NCBI RefSeq assembly: GCF_008000775.2
Contig: NZ_CP042905.2
Span: forward strand, 3,630,001-3,662,000
Source of the DNA: Promethearchaeum syntrophicum
GTDB lineage: Archaea > Asgardarchaeota > Lokiarchaeia > Sigyniarchaeales > Promethearchaeaceae
Reading direction: 5' to 3'
DNA: 32,000 nt
The notes below the pieces were generated by a model, which worked only from the letters and a program-made list of their open reading frames with translations, was not told where the DNA came from and searched no databases. Shown here in pieces: positions 30,215 to 32,000 of this stretch (position 1 is the stretch's first letter; every line of letters begins with the position of its first letter). The position numbers and the translations under genes were made by a program.

Positions 30215-30536
30215 GCCAAATCGAATTTTCTCGATTATTTTCAGAGTTTCAACATTTAATGAAATTTTTACAACACCCTATATGGTTTAAAATTTTTTTT
30301 TTTTAAAATAAGAAATTGAAAGTGATTAAAAGTCCTTCCACTGTTCATGAACACGATATCAAAATACTCGATTTGTAAAAAATTTTTCGTTTTATTTAAA
30401 AATTAAACAAGAAATGTGTTAAATAATGAGAGTAGGGAATGAATTCAATAAAAATCTCGGTAAACCATAAAAGAAAATTAGCAATTTCTATGATTTCACC
30501 GAAATCTGATATAATTTTAAAAAAAGATAAATTATT

Positions 30537-31283
30537 CTATTCCTCCTTATGCAAAGCCCAGAAAATCAATATCGGTGAAACGAATAAGAATATTTGTCCG
30601 ATCATTGAAGTCCAAAGAGAATATGTCTGAAAAAGTAAACTCTTAAACATAAAATATAGTAAACCAATAGGAATTAAATCAATCCCAATAACTAAACCAA
30701 GCATTTTTTTTTTAGATACGCGATCTTCGGTTTTTTTAATTGTCTTACTAAGATTTACCGTTGCTATTATGTAAAATATAAAAGGAATAGCTGAAGCAAT
30801 TGCACTTATTACTGAAAATCCTTCTGCACTTGTAAATACTCCTGAAGGAGGTAAGGTTTTCGGATCGATTACATCTTTATTTTCATCCAATACCTGTAAA
30901 GGCGCTTCAATTATCATCAATACTGTTGAAATCAATAATAATGTAATTTCCACGAATTGATATTTTTTCTTCTTTACTCTTAATTCACCATGGGTTATTA
31001 TATTTGAAGCGTTATATACCAAACCAGAATACAAATTAAGCATAACTTTTTGGATAGCCCATAAAACTGAACATATTAAAAAACTCGTATAACTAGCGGG
31101 TGCAAATGTGAATGAAAAACTATCAAATGTACTAAAAATAGCCCAGCTTAAAAATGCAAAGAAAAAAATCTTATTTAGAAGATAATTACTTTCGCGTTTA
31201 ATTCTAAATGCAAAAAACAAAAACATCATTGCCACAAACATTTTTGGAATGATTAACCAAACTCTTACGGGATCAACAATCAT
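30537..31283 (-). CDS. Polytopic membrane protein (about 7 TM), unknown function
   Basis: 248-aa ORF with about seven hydrophobic segments. Confidence 0.7.
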   Translation of the reverse strand: MIVDPVRVWLIIPKMFVAMMFLFFAFRIKRESNYLLNKIFFFAFLSWAIFSTFDSFSFTFAPASYTSFLICSVLWAIQKVMLNLYSGLVYNASNIITHGELRVKKKKYQFVEITLLLISTVLMIIEAPLQVLDENKDVIDPKTLPPSGVFTSAEGFSVISAIASAIPFIFYIIATVNLSKTIKKTEDRVSKKKMLGLVIGIDLIPIGLLYFMFKSLLFQTYSLWTSMIGQIFLFVSPILIFWALHKEE

Positions 31284-31341
31284 ATTAAATATAAAAGATT
31301 AAAATACCTAAGTAATTCACTTAAAATAAATTCTATTTAAC

Positions 31342-31749
31342 CTATGGACAAAAAAAACACTTATCCTTAAGTTTTTGTTCTTTTATCCAAGCTTTCAATC
31401 CAATTTTCTTCATTTTTTTTGAATTTTCTATTGTTCTCCTATGATGATCCATTCCATCGGAACCAAATTTATTTACAAGCGAACAAGGAAAATCCGTACA
31501 TTCAAAACAATAATTAAGATTTTTATTTAAAGCGCAAGCTCTCATCTTACAATCAGAACTCCAATGGACATCATTTGAACTTCTACATCCATTACATACA
31601 AATGAATCAGGATTTACTATTTCATTCCTTTGTTCTTTGAAATAATCTAAGAGTTCCTTTAAAATTGCTTGATCACCATGCGACGCAAGATAAATATCAC
31701 ATTTTGAACAATTTAAGCCGCAAATTGAAATATTCCAGTTTTCAATCAT
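31342..31749 (-). CDS. Cys-rich DUF3795-like protein
   Basis: SICGLNCSKCDIYLA...VCNGCRSSNDVHWSSDCKMRACALNKNLNYCFECTDFPC pattern typical of DUF3795. Confidence 0.75.
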   Translation of the reverse strand: MIENWNISICGLNCSKCDIYLASHGDQAILKELLDYFKEQRNEIVNPDSFVCNGCRSSNDVHWSSDCKMRACALNKNLNYCFECTDFPCSLVNKFGSDGMDHHRRTIENSKKMKKIGLKAWIKEQKLKDKCFFCP

Positions 31750-31880
31750 AATATTTAATTAATATTCTTGAATTAAAAATATTACATTTGCTTTAAGGAA
31801 CATTTAAATTAACAATGAAATTAGTCTTCCAAGAGAGAAATGCAAATATCCAACTCTAAAAATGTCCTTTTTATTTGGGA

Positions 31881-32000
31881 AGTGCCAATTCGGCTAAAAA
31901 AGTACTTGAATAAACATTTAGATAAAATTTCTAATCTAAAGCTTATCTTTCCACAAAATATTTCAAAAGAAAACTTAGAAAATCTAGCGTCCGAAGCTAA
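31881..32000 (+). CDS. Possible 5' part of an ORF running off the window (NAD-dependent 2-hydroxyacid dehydrogenase-like N-terminus?)
   Basis: Open frame VPIRLKKYLNKHLDKISNLKLIFPQNISKENLENLASEA... to the window end. The family guess rests only on the 'NLKLIFPQNISKENLENLASEA' pattern. Confidence 0.25.

Overview
This 32 kb AT-rich window is archaeal (RNA polymerase largest subunit split into A' and A'', archaeal-type S12/S7/L30e, intron-containing tRNA, archaeal/eukaryotic-type TrpRS). A RING-H2 + TPR protein and Lys-rich tails on core proteins suggest an Asgard-like lineage; this is inference, since no phylogeny was run. Supported content: a probable thiamine uptake/salvage locus (thiamine pyrophosphokinase plus ThiB/ThiP/ThiQ-like ABC transporter); a RING-TPR protein; a tRNA-Arg(GCG)-like gene with a 23-nt intron; a PAF-acetylhydrolase-like hydrolase; an MBL-fold protein; L30e-S12-S7; rpoA1-rpoA2; trpS; an acyl-CoA ligase-like gene; an LpxL/HtrB-like acyltransferase; an MFS transporter; a DUF3795-like protein; and several membrane proteins of unknown function. 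The most interesting region is 13.5-25.7 kb. Here the usual archaeal block rpoA1-rpoA2-rpl30e-(nusA)-rps12-rps7 appears split by about 12 kb of other genes. The insert contains a tightly packed three-gene membrane cassette (14856-20808): a beta-helix ectodomain protein with both N- and C-terminal TM segments, a protein with three repeated TM-pair/PH-like units, and a site-2-protease-fold protein whose HExxH motif reads REITY (a predicted pseudoprotease). The cassette is bracketed by a decayed fragment and the intact copy of the same acyl-CoA ligase family gene, both on the minus strand. Family assignments come from reading motifs by eye; no database search was run.
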